Below, in pieces: positions 50,501 through 63,889 of a DNA stretch of 64,000 nucleotides. Numbering within the stretch: the stretch's first letter is position 1; each line of letters begins with the position of its first letter. The DNA is taken from assembly GCA_051294905.1 (NCBI GenBank), contig CM119371.1:16432001-16496000 (forward strand). The letters run 5' to 3'. Source of the DNA: Botryllus schlosseri (Eukaryota). The notes below the pieces were generated by a model. It saw nothing but the letters and a program-made list of their open reading frames with translations. It did not search any database and had not been told where the DNA came from. The position numbers and the translations under genes were made by a program.

Positions 50501-53500
50501 ATATTAATGTACATTGTACACAATACCTTGCGATGACTCAGGTCATATAATGCCACAATGCTGAAGTACATATTGGCGTTTTAAACGTCGCCAAATATAT
50601 CAACAGGGACAACCAAATGATATAGTAATCCCCTAAAATCAATATCTTCCGTTGCTTTTCAAACAATTTCGACGAGGATTTCCAAGATAATATAAGCTAA
50701 CGCCTTAACGGTCTATAGGCCAGACTGGACAATATACCAAACAAAGTCCGGAGTCTGAGTATTGCTACGTTGATATTGAGCAGAGTCTAAAACGGGTTTC
50801 TATACTTTCAACCGATATTAACCCATTAACAAGTTATATAGCAGTAGCCAAGCCAACACCCCGATCGCAATGATTTGGTTTTTATCATAGAATAGACATA
50901 TGAAATCAAGATTGACCCCGTACGCCTGCTAGATTTTGTACATCTGACAACGATATCAATTTCATTGATTGGGTGAATAAGCAAAGCATCATTCGCTGAC
51001 TACCTTCACTGTAAAAAAAAACTCGATTTACCGCGAAATGTTTGGAAGCACGTTAGCCAGACATTCCGTGGTAATGTAGCATTACCGTTAGTCAATGTAA
51101 ATTTAACTTACACTCGTCCGGTAATCTCACTTTACACGCCAGACTGTAATGTTACAGTCACCTCCGGTATATCCGATCTACATTTTCTCCTGTGCATTTC
51201 CCACTGAGACTGTAATTTTACCGCCTACCAACATACATTCTGTCTGTGTAAATCAGGATTACATACCAGCTTGTAAATTCACGTACATCCCATACCTATC
51301 GCAAAGCAACCCGATGCTAAAATATCGCAAAAGCTTCTTCACACCCCCAAAAACGACATTGGAACAAACTGTATATTTATTCATGATTCACGATGAGAAG
51401 GTTATCGATGGAAAAGTATTGCTGCTGGAGGTCTAATTCTTCTTTAGAAGACATGCAGTAGCACGAGTGGTCTACCACCATCGGTCAAACTTCCAATTGT
51501 TTCTTTTTCTCGTCCTCATTCCTATTTTGCAGTTCCACTAAAAATAATTCATGCGTAAGTCGCTATATTAAGCAAAGTTCCTAACCTAGACATGACATTA
51601 TAAAGACTACTAAGACAAATAGGCTAACAAAAATATAACACTTTTTGAAGTACCGGTACTGGTACATTGTGTGATGACGGCTCCGCCTTTTACATGAGAT
51701 AGCAGAGAGTCATGACCTACTTTATCCAATGCAGCGGTTCTCAATCATTTTGGACATGCGCCCCCCTTGGCGATGGCCAATAAGATTACGCCCCCTGCAC
51801 TTATCGTCATGTCAAAAAGAGCACATCATCTAATATAGATAGGCTTACCATATTTTGGAAATGTAAAAAGAGGACACTTTTTCAGAAATTTACAAGATGC
51901 AAAACCGGAGTAGAATTCTCAAAAACCGGTGAATTTTCCCCACTTTCGCTCAGAGCTAAAATCACTGTTTTTAACTCCGAAATATCCGCCGGACCGTCAC
52001 TTCTGTGCTAATTTGCGGCATATCACTTGCGGTTTGCTCTAAATCTGACCTAAATTTTCAAAAAAGAGGACAAAATCTCAAAAAAGAGGACAAAAGGGCG
52101 TCCTCCGAGGACACTTTCAAAAAAGTCAAAAAAGAGGACAAATCCTCTTAAAAGAGGACGTATGGTAAGCCTAAATATAGAGATAGGCTATGTTAATCTG
52201 TCTAAGTCCAAATTCCTTCCCGGTGAACTCTGGACTATTATACTTTTCACAAAGGGCTATTGTACGCACCGAAATCCCCAATGGCAATGCTATAAGTAGT
52301 TGCTGGGATTCCATATTTTTTCGCAGAGCGGAGCGCGAATTTTTTTTAGATTCACGAATGAATACCGTAAGTAATAGTAGCAGTATCACATATTACTGTA
52401 AAATATTTATCCTTTTCCAGCCCATATGATCAGATTCACCGGTAGGGTTCATGGACGGAGTGCTTTCGAAAATTTAGGGAAAGTTATAAATGATAATTAA
52501 TCTTTTTGTGGGCCAATTGTTATTAGTCATGCACTTTGCTGCATGCTGTTATTTGTTGACCCCCCATCAGGATTGTCCATCGTATCGGTAGTGGAAATAT
52601 ATTGAAATCGCCCAAATGTACCGTAAAAAAAATTCTCTCGTGAGCACGGGATTCTGATTCCTGCTCAGATTTAGAAGGGCGCTACTATATTAGAATCGAA
52701 AAATTAGGTTATGTTGAATTGCGTGGAGCGCGAAGAAAATTTCAAGATTAATTAAAATCTCTCAAAAAATTGGGAGTGAATTAGTAATTTCAATTTGCAT
52801 GTCGACTGATGCTAACATATACTAAATGAATTAGGTGTCGACGGCCGCACAAATTTTCTTCTAGGGCAGCAGGTTGCCCATCCCTGATCTAATAATATAC
52901 ATATGGTATGTCTTACGCCAAGTTTGAATCCGTATTCCAGTCTTTAACATTTCTGACAAATTTCCCCAAACTTGTTTGAAAATAGCAAAAAAGCATTAAA
53001 CAATACATCAATTTATTACAAGGTAGGATGCACTGAGACTAATCCTAATGCTGGTAGTTACTATAGAGAACAAGGCGTCGTTCTGTACTGCCATGCCCAA
53101 TTTGATCAGTTTTGGAATTGAATTAAATTGTGTTGATATAGGGTAGCTTAATTGAGGGCAAAACCGAGCAACGTATATTGCATCTAAGTCTGCCTTACGT
53201 AGTGCAGTTCGCCAGCTATTAACAACAGCGACTCAGCGCACCGAGCTTTAGGCTACTGCCAAAGCTATGAAGTAATGAATGACTTACACGTGGGAATTCC
53301 TCTAAATCTTCAAAGAATATCAAAATTTGCTCAAATGAAGTTGAGCGCGACTGCTGGAGTTTGAATTTGGCGAGCTTTCTTGAATACGAAATAAGTTTCA
53401 TCTTCAACAATCGTCTTCTGAAAATGGTTGCGAAACACATGTTTAGTCAGAATTCCTATAGACTTCGCGTTCCCCAGGTTGAGAACCCCTGATCTTATGT

Positions 53501-56500
53501 ATTGAAACAAAAGGTTCCTCATTTGAGGTGGCATGTGTGCCAAACAAATCCAGCAGTGGATGAAAACATCTCTATGCTATGGGTCGAAAATGACATAAAC
53601 ATGCCAACAGTTTCAACTCCTCCGCGGCAGAGTATGTGGTGTCACAGGTCACTATATAAGTCGACTAATATCCCAAAATAGAACAGAGAATGCGGCGAAT
53701 TAAATATTTCAATCATGCAATCAAAGTCATCCCGTTGGTGTGCACAGTCGTAGATATTCACGGTAACGAATGCTATGTAGTACTGTAACTTTTACGATGC
53801 GTATCCTATTCAGGATTCCTAGGAATCTTCAACGATCGTGTCCACTTTCTTCAAGCACAACAAGCTTCGCTCCACCCTTTGCTCAAATCAGAGATGCCAC
53901 TGAGATATTTCGGGAAAACCCAGATGCGGAGGCCAAATACCCCCATAAAAACCCAGATCCTGTATTTCACTCAAAATACATGAGATAGCTGTAAAAGTGG
54001 AGCCTGATAGTCATTGAATACACTCATACAGTCGTTGAAGCCTTTGATATTGAATTTATAACAGTTTATAATACACATTTTGCTTGGTTAACACTGCGAA
54101 TCGCACGAAAAACATGTTGTTTTCCTCTCGACACATCGCATTGAAACAATAGGGGTGCAGCGTGAATACGTAATAGTATAATACTTAATAATTAAATCAT
54201 CGCGCTGCGAAAGTTCAATGCAATGTCATCCATTCCCTATTTCTAAGGATGATTTCATGTATTTTCAGTGACCGGAACAGATTGAAAGTAGCTTTCGAAT
54301 GATTAATCATTTCCTAGGACAATCACTTTCATCTGGAATAATCACAGACCAATGTTTAGTCGAAAAAATAACTGCCAAATCATGAAATTCAGGGTGCATT
54401 CCAATGTGCTGATACTACAACTAACTGTCCGTCTTTCTCTCCTGAGTGTCCCTGTTGGAACTTAATATACTCGTATACAATAGGATTATATTAGTCGGAT
54501 CATCACCTGGTCTGTTCATGTGTTTGTGCATACCATACAGTTACATGTTATTTACCGATACACGCCGAATTGTTCACCAAGTGCCGTCACTACTGGCAAC
54601 CGTCCTATATGAACAGGACTTTCTGCGACCTGGGAGTTACCATTTAATGAAGCTCCATCGCATCAAGCCGAAGCCTCTCATTTTAGTATTGAAATAGTTT
54701 CTCAACACTCAGTCGTTACAACAACAGCAAAATCCATCGACAATGGCTAACTCAGTGCGTGCATTTAACAATATTGCGAACTTACTTATCGAATTATTAA
54801 TTTTCAAGCATAAAGCTGACCTGGCGAACTAGGTGTTGAAAGAAACCCAGATTTCAAGGACAAAAACCCAGAAACCCAGGTTATGCTAAAAAAACACAGA
54901 TCTGGGTGGAAAAACCCAGGAGTGGCATGTCTGGCTAAAATCTCAATAATGATCAACCGACGATACGCCACTCGAACGATTTCGAAATACGAGTATTCAT
55001 CCGCTGGCATGTCACCAATAATATTTACTGCCCACTGCGTTATAATGTTTGATTTAGGTCGTTTTTTTCATACAGAAACATTTATCTTTACATATAGTTC
55101 TTTCCTTTTCCATCTAATTGCGTATAAATTGATATATATTCCATGTGTGGGTCACTACTTACAATACTAACTAAACCAGACGCTGCCTGTGATGTCACAG
55201 TTGTGCGATGGTTGTTTACTACGAATCTCAGAAAAATCAGTAACGCGTAACGTTAACCTATTGCAGTGGTTCTTAACCTTTTTTCCTCCAGCGCCCCCTT
55301 TCAAAAATTATCGTGCTCCAGCGCCCCCCCCCCACTTCATACTGTAAGGAATGTAATAAAGACAATGAGTAAGAGGGAGGGCCGTAACAGCACTTCGTCA
55401 ACCCCCTAAAAACGACTGCCTTGCGCAACCATAGCGTGATAAACCGAACTTCTCTGTTGCAAAACGGTCTCTGCGCACAGAAAATCTACGTTGCGCACAA
55501 CAAATCCGAAGTTATTACCTTTTATTAGTCGATACGCACTGTTGTCCAGGGGTCAGCGCAGTGAGTTGTTGAGTGTGCGCAGACTCATCAAAACTTAAAG
55601 CGAACATTGTGAGGTTTCTTGGAAACTGTAGGGCCCGTTACTAATAATTAAACATATTCGGGCGGGCGAACCCGTTGGTATGACATCGTTGCATGATGTT
55701 ATTTCGTGACCCCCTGTCTGCAATATCAAAAAATATAGAATCGCTCAACGGTGATATCGCCCAACAGGAATAGGCTATCCCTGTCGCCCAATCGTACTAA
55801 ACTAAAAGACGCACACGATTTCAGATTGGTATTTCTTCACTTACATATAATTTTTCCCTGCCAGATGGAATTCGTCTTCTGGGGTTCAGATTGCCAAGAC
55901 AGGAACATTCGGTGTCAGTCATTTAGGCGCCCATGGACAATTAAACCTTTACGTATTTTGAAGGCTATATGTAACGAAGTTTTCGGTGTTAATTTGCTCT
56001 GAATACTCATTAAGGATATGTCCTATCACCACATCATCTACTGCGAAGCCATTTTTCTCCAGCGCCCCCCATACCGCCCCCCTGAGCCCAGCGCCCCCCA
56101 TATTGCCCCCTGAGCGTTTCAGCCCCCTTCAAAATCGCCAGCGCCCCATGGGGGGCGCTGGGGGCATGGTTAAGAACCACTGACCTAATGTAACCTAATA
56201 CAGGTCGCCAAGTTCGCCATTAACGAATGGTCAACAGAGCATGCTGTGCTGACATTTCTAGTTTCCCGAACAATATTATACATCCTAAACTGATATTCCA
56301 ACTCATCAGTCCTATACGTGACAACGAATGTAACCAGCGAGTCCGGCATTATAGCCATAGCCTTATAATAAGGGCAAGTTTTTTCTACTTTTGCAACTTT
56401 TTTTACAGCTTCCGGCAGCTTCCTAAATACTCGTAAGATATGTGGAATGCTGTTTCAAGCTGTTTGAAGGAATCTTATAGTGCAACTTTTTGCAATTTTT

Positions 56501-59500
56501 GTCTATTTTTTTAATGCAACTTTTTGCAACATTTTGCAACTTTCTCGATTTTTCATGAAAGTATTTTCGATTCTGGTGAAATACGCGGCCAAATTCGACT
56601 GAAACACCGTAAATCAGCACCGAAGTAAGGCTTGTACGGGTATTTTTTTAGTCAACCGAGCAAAATGTGGTCAAAATGCGACTTATGCAACTTTTTTCAA
56701 AAATAAATGCAACTTTCCACGGATTTAACTGCAACAAAAACTTGTCCTACTTATATTTAATATAGTGGCTATCAGGGCTTTGGAGCAGCCGTAAATATAC
56801 ATTGCTCCAGCTCAGGCTCCGGAGCTTTCTTCTATCATACATTAGCTCCGGCTCCAGCTCCGGAGCCGCATTATTACCACTCCTCCGGCTCCAGCTCCGG
56901 CTCCAGCTCCGGCTCTGAATACTATCGAAGGTGGATGTCTATATCAGGGGTGGGCAACCCGCGGCCTGTGGGCCGTATGTGGCCCGCGAGAAGGTTTTGA
57001 GTAGCTCGCGAGCTAATTTCCCATTATAGTATCGAAATTCTGTTTATCGAAATTAAATTGCTCAGATTGAGAACTTGCAAGGCCAACCAAAAGTATGATT
57101 GGTCTGGCCGTGACACTTGGGATGTTGATGACTAAAATATCAGTTCCGACGCATTGGCAGATCCAGGTTCCAGTCACATTTTTAGTAAGTCGTCGTACAT
57201 TACAATAAACTAAAAAAGTAGTAACATTTTTCTTCACGCTTCGCGTGTTCAATTGTCACACGATTACTTGCTTTGTAGCTTAACCCCACCTAAAAATGAA
57301 AAAACGCCTGATTTAGCCGATTGAGTATAACTATATTCGCAATTCTGGGAGAAAATCTTTACGCGTTTGTGCTCGCAGAAAGATCGTCGACGATGAAATG
57401 TAGGCACAGAATGATTGTCGTATATTAGCGGAAATCTTCGATATCGATATGTCCAGATGCAGAATAGTCCTGTCTTTGCAAACTGAGCCCAGTGGGCAGT
57501 ATAGAGTCGACCCGCAATGTACCCAAGTAATATTAATATTAACTTTGAAAATTTTACGCGCCTGGCGCGGCTAGTGAGCAGAGCACTCGTTCAGCAATGT
57601 CATGTAGCCCTTTAGCCGAAATGGTTGGCCACCCCTGGTCTATATAGATTACTAATTTACCCGTAGGTAAGGTATCTACAGTAATCTAGAGCAGTGGTTC
57701 TCAACCTTTTTCACCCCGCGGACCGGTAAAATTTCAAAAAATGTCCGGCGTACCGGTGAACTTTCAAAATTGAAATGAAGCCAAAATGTAGAGTATGCAA
57801 CCGTTTTTTGCAATTATATGGTGCTAGAGCAGGGGTAGGCAAACTACGGCCCGCGGTCTGCATGCGGCCCGCAAGACCGTTCTGTGCGGCCCGCGAGACT
57901 CTAAAGAAACTTTTTAAAAATATTGATAAAATGCGTGCTGAAATCGAAATAACTTTATTATACTTTTTCTTAGTATATTTCACCGTGATAATTCAGTGGT
58001 TCTCAAACTGGGGGCACCCCTTGGGGGCGTGAAAGTATCTGAAGGGGGCGTGAAGCTAATATAAACTGAAAAAATGTTCGCGCTTTGCGCGAATTACATC
58101 CAATTCATAGTCATTGCTCTGTATTTAGTATGAATTTAACATTTTAAAATATCTCATCCGCAGTCGTAACCTTCCATGTCATCAAACTATCCATTAGGTT
58201 TGCTAGCATCCTGGTTGCGTTTTGTGATATGACGATGAGGGGTGCGTGAAATCTTTCACCATCATAAGGGGGGGGGGGGTGGGGGCGGGTCTTAAAAAGT
58301 TTGAGAACTACTGTTCTAAGGTTACTACTTTCTATATTATTTTATATGTTTAAATTTGCTGCGCGACAGCCCGATCTCAAGGCCCACACAGTTTAAAAGG
58401 TTTCAACTGCTAAACATCACAGAAACCCTAAACGAGATTGACATAATTCGGATCGCCACTGAGATTTCAGATTGGCTACTCTTGTTTTAATTAATTCAGG
58501 GATGTGCGTATAAAAAACGATTCCTCGAGTCTTAGAGGTAGATTCTTTCTGTGTATGCGTGTTATTGGGGTATTGCTATTTTATCTACACCTGCGTGTTT
58601 GAAGCTAACATGGTTATGATGCTGTCAGCATTGTGAGTCCTGGAATTTAGGCAAAAGTGCAATCAGTAAATCTGTGAACAAATCGTTACTCACAGATCTA
58701 AATTTCAATCCTGTTCTAAGAATCGCGATAACCGACTTTCATCTCTATAGTTTTGACAAATTGTTTATTGAGGTCGGCCAGCCTATGAAATCTCGCGACT
58801 ATGTTTCTGACGGGTGTACGACATCATCAAAGCAATGTTTGTTTTGTTTTAAATAACCACAGATACTATCTCCATGTCCTCACTATATAATCAAATACCA
58901 ATATTGCGTTTTGGTTTAGAATCCCAATTTTATATAGTGCGGCCCGCGAATGGATTCAGATGTTGAATGCGGACCGCGCGCTCAAAAGTTTGCCCACCCC
59001 TGTGCTAGAGAGTGACATTTTATGGTGGTGAGTCTGCCGAGTCGAAGTAAAATTGCCTTGTCCAGATAAACGTGATACCGCCGAGAGTCGTTTACAGTCT
59101 TTCGCGCCGAAGATCGTGGGTTTAACCGACCACGCCAACTCGAATAATATTCTTCCTTTTGACAATATCGAGAGAAGAAGCGTTTCGTAGTTGAATCAAG
59201 CACATTGTCGTGCTACCTTGCTCATTGCCCACTACCACCAGATGCAGGCTACTCTGGCAGCTACGAATACAATGCGTACCGCAAAAAAAAAACACCTTAC
59301 AGCAGCTATACCGGCCATGCGCAAATCCATGCCGAAAAAGCACTTCGTCAGCCCACCCTCAAAAACGTTGGTCTTGGGCCCCCACAAGGCGATAAGCAAA
59401 ACCTTCGGGGACTTCGCCCCCAGACCCTGCAGTTGGGTGGAGGTTTTTACCTGTAGCCTACTAGTGAGCACATTCAATCTACTCAGTGTAAGCAGAGAGT

Positions 59501-62500
59501 TTATGTAGCTTAGCGAATTTTTTTTATCATTCATGACTTGATCGATTTTCTCGCTGCCGAAATTTAAGCACGCCTCTCGGCAGGGTTGTAACCAAGTCAC
59601 AAGGCTTCGACTCACAAGTCAATCTCACTTTATAGTTTTGACATTTTCAATTCACCACCGAGTCAAGTCCGAGTCCAAGTCAGCGAGCAGAGGGTCAAGT
59701 CTGAGTCATGGTATTATGACTCAAGTCCGAGTCCAAGTCATTTTGTTGACTGTTCAGTTTCCAGTTAAATTCTTGACCCACTTTTTAGAACTCTGTTTGA
59801 TGATATCGAATGGTTCGCATTAATAATATCCCTCACTTTCAGCAGTTTTTGGTCGCATTTTCAAGTACGAGTACTAATAGACGAGATCCCAATATTGTCG
59901 TTGCTTTAATATTGTTCGAAATTACAATGAAATGTCGGTCCTGGCCGTCTGAGTCTCGAATCATACGACTTGGTTCGAATCATGCACATTGACTCGAGTC
60001 CAAGTCGAGTCAATACACAGATTGACTCGAGTCGAGTCGAGTCGTTTCCGTATTTTGAGAAAATAACTCGAATCAAGTTGTGTCATCCGAATATCGTATG
60101 ACTCGAGTCATTACAACCCGGCCTTTCGGAGTTCCATGTTAGCGTGAACCTCATTATGTGTTGGTACGTCGTGGCGCGCTAATGGCTGACGCAGCAATGC
60201 CTAATCCTATAAATCATGCGTATTTCTCGGAGAAGGAAACCTAATAATATGCAAGACATTCAGTGACACTAAATCCCGCAAAGCGGAAAAAGAAATTGAA
60301 AAATGTTGGAAAAAGTTTTTAAAAATATACGCTATGATTTATGTTCATTTGCAAAATAATTTTGAGCCCTTTTCAAGCTCTACCCCTCTCCAATTGGGCG
60401 GTTTGGGGTGCCCCAGTTACGGCCCTACACAAAATGAATGAATTGAAAACGAATGATCGTGCAAACTGCACTGTTTAACGATGAGCTCGTATCTGTTCTG
60501 TACGTATCGCCTTCAACATTGCATCTTGAAATTAACGTATAAAATTGTAATATACCTGGCGGACCGGCAGGAATGTCGTCACGGACCGGTGCCGGTCCGC
60601 GGACCGGCGGTTGAGAACCACTGATCTAGAGTCTGTCAGCCATCAGTAACATCGGATGCAGCAACGAAGACATAGGTGCCGCCGTGCCGTTTTGTGACGT
60701 CATATTGAATACTTGTCAATTGTCGATAACATCATAGTTGCACTAGAACGCACTTTACTCGGTGCCATTGCTGCGTACAGCATTAAAATTCCGATGCGGC
60801 GTTTTAATACTGGCACTGTACTCGTTAACATTGAGCCATACAGCTCAATTCAATCTTCAAATGTGCGATTATGATTCAACTGTAACTGTAGTAAGAACAA
60901 TATAGGCAGATATCACGACGTGATCAATAGAAATTCGATGTGTACCAAATGGCCAATGGTTTGACGTTCGATATTGGTGCACTCGTTACCAGTCCATCCG
61001 GTGTCGATCAAGTTTATCGGAATATAATATTTTCCCGTTGAAACGAATCGAATAGTCGAATTAAACACTGTGCCATGCACATTGCGCCATGTCAATAACG
61101 AATTAAACTATGCAGTATGCACATTGCACATTTTCAAGTCACAGTGCGCGATAATCCGGGAATACTAGAGTATCAAGCAGACATCAAGAATGAATTTACG
61201 AAACAGATGATTACAAATTGGAAATCGCGTATCAAATCAGTAGGCCTACTTTGTCTCCAACATAAAATACCACGGGGTCGTGACTCCTGACATCGCGTTG
61301 AGTAGCTCGCACTGCGACAATTGTTTGCTGAGTGTAACCGTAACGGCGTTTTGGGCTACTCTTCCGCCATCCCCTATTTACGCTCGAAAATCCTTACTGG
61401 CGTGAATGACGATCATGCGCAGTAATGAATTCCAATTAGCATGCATGATTGCATACTCAATAACACTCTCCAATTTCGCGGCCCGATTAAAGAACTAACA
61501 CGAAAGAACGACTATTTGCTCATCCGATTCATAGCAACGATGAGATGGAATTTCTCGGCTCGTGCTCGTCATATTGACATGTGCAACAAAATCAATTTTT
61601 GATCCTCTGTCCCATTTCACGTAATACACAGTCATCATTATTTTCGAACCGTACGATTGGCCAACAAGGTTATGCTGATGATGAATTTGCGGGTATGCCG
61701 AATACCGACAATATTCACAGGCATGTTTCGCATACCGCGAGGTTCGGCACTCATGTATGAAAATTGAACATTGAACATATGACTGTTCGGCTGTTAAATC
61801 CCCCGGAGCATGGTTAGTCGGAAAAGGTAACGCCAAAGAGGAAAAGATTCTTAATTTCGCGAAGGCGCGCTGTTGAATTATGTGAAATCAGCAGATATGG
61901 TTGTATCATATATAATAGCATCTTATGAAACACGTCGGAGCCGGAGCTACCCCTCAAATAACTGGCTCCAGCTCCGACTCCGGCTGAATTTTATGTAGAG
62001 CTCCGGCTCCGGCTCCAAAGCCCTGTTGGCTATGGTGTACCACATTAGCTACGCTTGTCAGTTGTTTCTTTTACCCTACTATGTACTATACTGAAATTGG
62101 TACTAGGGCCAAAAATCTCCGTATGACAGACCCCAGACTCGCGAACGAGGTTGAATCAGGTCAAATGACCACGAGAATGATATCAGTAACATTCAGTTCC
62201 ACGTATAAATTGGCCCCATAGATTTTCACGCTAATCAATTTTGCCTATAGCTGGGTAAACTTCAGTAACGAGTAACTGTCGGTAATTTTGCGAAAAATTC
62301 TGGTAACTTGACTTTACAGCTAATTTGAGGTAATTTTACTTATCACAATGTAAAATTACAAGCTACGCACAGTTATTGGCTGCGACCAGTAATTCGTTGC
62401 AAAATTTACAGAGATTTCCCAGTAAATCTACCAGATTTTCAACAGTGTAGTTATTTGATTAAAAAAGTCATGCTTATCAATTAAGATGCTAGCCGGATCA

Positions 62501-62976
62501 ACAAATTACTGACCCGGCTCCGATACGGCTCCGGCCAAAATTTAAAAAACCCGTCCAGATATCCAATCCGGCTCTGGTCCATGCTCCGCACTAATATGAA
62601 TGCTGATTTCTGTTTCCATTTAATTGGGGTCGCCTCTTGAAAATACTGTAAACCACCGATCTACGCGCCGAATTGCGCAGGTTCGCAATCTGAAAACGAA
62701 CTGGAACACACTGTTCGCTACATGCCTATATCATCAATACTTGAATCGATTCGGAGAACTGGTTAAAGGAAGGCATCGGCGTGGATTGGTGACATTGTTT
62801 CCTGATATTTTCTCCATGATGATTCTGTTATGAACAAAGGTGTCCGATTTTATGGGTTTAACATACATTTCAATATGTTTCAGAACTGCATGACCACATC
62901 CCATCTCCTCGACCTCCTCCTCCTCCTCCTCCTCCTCCTCCACCTCCACCACCTCTACGAGGGGTCGAACACAGCG
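47535..62976 (+). CDS. Partial gene: short symmetric phase-1 proline-rich exons (47535-47624, 48076-48171, probably 53554-53631, 62884-62976); product unknown
   Basis: Lengths 90, 96, 78 and 93 bp, all AG|...|GT. Three end in the same (A/G)CG|GTAAGAATA donor context. Translations: APVSNPAVRRPLAPPALPMPLSHLLAGSN; GNCKYLPTDVPEPKYENRRLPPTPARGFRRSS; VDENISMLWVENDINMPTVSTPPRQ; LHDHIPSPR(P)nLRGVEHS. Confidence 0.55.
49017..49888. mobile_element. Buster-type hAT MITE
   Basis: CAAGGGCGGGCAAC...GTTACCCGCCCCTG; flanks TCTTAGAA / TCTTATAA. Confidence 0.8.
50083..50332 (-). mobile_element. Retroposon 3' end (CR1/L2-like LINE tail or SINE), copy 2
   Basis: Reverse-complement homologue of 17350-17620 with a (TGAT)n tail. 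Confidence 0.6.
51007..51300. mobile_element. EnSpm-like terminal fragment
   Basis: Starts CACTGTAAAAAA followed by TTTAC/GTAAT-rich subterminal motifs; partner end not established. Confidence 0.45.
51840..52173. mobile_element. hAT MITE with AAGAGGACA repeats
   Basis: 13-bp perfect TIR TAGGCTTACCATA / TATGGTAAGCCTA; perfect TSD AATATAGA (51832-51839, 52174-52181). Confidence 0.93.
53889..54933. mobile_element. hAT non-autonomous element with AAACCCAG repeats
   Basis: TIR CAGAGATGCCACT / AGTGGCATGTCTG (1 mismatch); flanks GCTCAAAT / GCTAAAAT. Confidence 0.82.
55264..56182. mobile_element. Buster/Charlie-type hAT MITE with CAGCGCCCCC repeats
   Basis: CAGTGGTTCTTAACC / GGTTAAGAACCACTG; flanks ACCTATTG / ACCTAATG. 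Confidence 0.88.
56370..56749. mobile_element. hAT MITE with TGCAACTTT repeats
   Basis: AGGGCAAGTTTTT / AAAAACTTGTCCTA; flanks CTTATAAT / CTTATATT. Confidence 0.75.
56945..57637. mobile_element. Nested Buster-type MITE
   Basis: CAGGGGTGGGCAACC / GGTTGGCCACCCCTG; perfect TSD GTCTATAT; related to an element at ~20635-21376. Confidence 0.9.
57692..60623. mobile_element. Nested Buster-type element that itself hosts 57830-59002 (containing 57994-58313) and 59581-60121
   Basis: Outer CAGTGGTTCTCAACC / GGTTGAGAACCACTG with perfect TSD ATCTAGAG; 57830-59002 perfect TSD TGCTAGAG; 59581-60121 CAGGGTTGTAA / TTACAACCCGG with CCTCTCGG / CCTTTCGG; 57994-58313 has TIRs but no clear TSD. Confidence 0.9.
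62215..62447. mobile_element. EnSpm-like right-terminal fragment
   Basis: GTAA/TTAC-rich subterminal motifs ending in TTTTCAACAGTG. Confidence 0.4.
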
Positions 62977-63243
62977 GTAAGAATACAACGTAGGCTACAC
63001 CCGGACTAGGTTGAACTACAACTTGCTAATTTGTGGCTCACATCTTATAGGGCCCATGCACGCTAATAGATATTGACATCTCCGAACTTCAAATGTACAA
63101 ATTAGTTGAGCAGTTATTTGATACTGGAGTACCTTCTCTCAATCCCAGAGATCTGTTAAATTCCGAGTATGGTATATCATAGTATAGACTGGAGACAAAA
63201 ATTAATTTACAGGGTAAATTACTCCCTAGCAATGCATATAGCT

Positions 63244-63889
63244 CAGTGGTTCTTCCGGTGTTTCATGAAACACTAGAAGTTCCATGAGCCCGTCGCTGGG
63301 GTTCCGAGGAGCTCATAAACTCAACTAGTACATATGATTTATGGTGATAGGCTCGTTTTAGTCATCGTTCATTGCAGGGAAGTACTCCCAATCAGTCTTC
63401 TAATTGTGAGTGCTGTGAGTGCTGCGTCGTCTGCAGTAGCGTACGCTGGTGAAGTGGACGTTTGAAACCTAAACCGTGACCCACTGAAATGCCAAATCAA
63501 TCTCCAATATTCATAAGCTCATTCGTAATTAAGTTGTTGGTATCACGCTGTTGCGTTTCGACCGAACTATACGATGAAACGTTCCAAGGTGTAGACTCAC
63601 ATTTGTGAACTAGTATCTGAAAGGGAACTGCAGAATTTGCAGTGATTTGCAATAAATATTCAATATGATGTTTTCGTTGTGTGTGAAAATCGCATGCTAA
63701 TGGTTCAATTGTTTTTGCACTAATGATGATCCACAGTTCAATTTGTACACCTGTAATGTATTAGATGTGTAGTCGGTTGCGTGTTGTGGTCGCTTTTTGT
63801 TTTTATGACTCATCCAAAAATTGGGATTCCACGAAGGCTTGAAGATTAGCGTAAGTGTTCCGTGGGTTAGTAAAGGTTAAGAACCACTG
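63244..63889. mobile_element. Buster/Charlie-type hAT MITE
   Basis: CAGTGGTTCTT / AAGAACCACTG; flanks ATATAGCT / ATATATCT. Confidence 0.82.

Larger units (their letters stand above)
56773..62025. mobile_element. hAT element with GCTCCG repeats, expanded by nested insertions
   Basis: TIR CAGGGCTTTGGAGC / GCTCCAAAGCCCTG (14 bp perfect); flanks GTGGCTAT / TTGGCTAT. Confidence 0.85.

Noticed and set aside
61495..61836. 113-aa minus-strand ORF with CxxC
   Set aside because: Inside a hAT relic, non-ATG start, no family motif I can recognise.
51007..62447. One large EnSpm element bounded by CACTG at 51007 and CAGTG at 62447
   Set aside because: The ends match for only about 6 bp before diverging and the flanking dinucleotides differ (TT vs TA); treated as separate fragments.
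62734..62988. Poly-Glu ORF on the minus strand
   Set aside because: The (CCT)n run is better explained as poly-Pro in the plus-strand exon 62884-62976, which has proper splice sites and paralogous exons.
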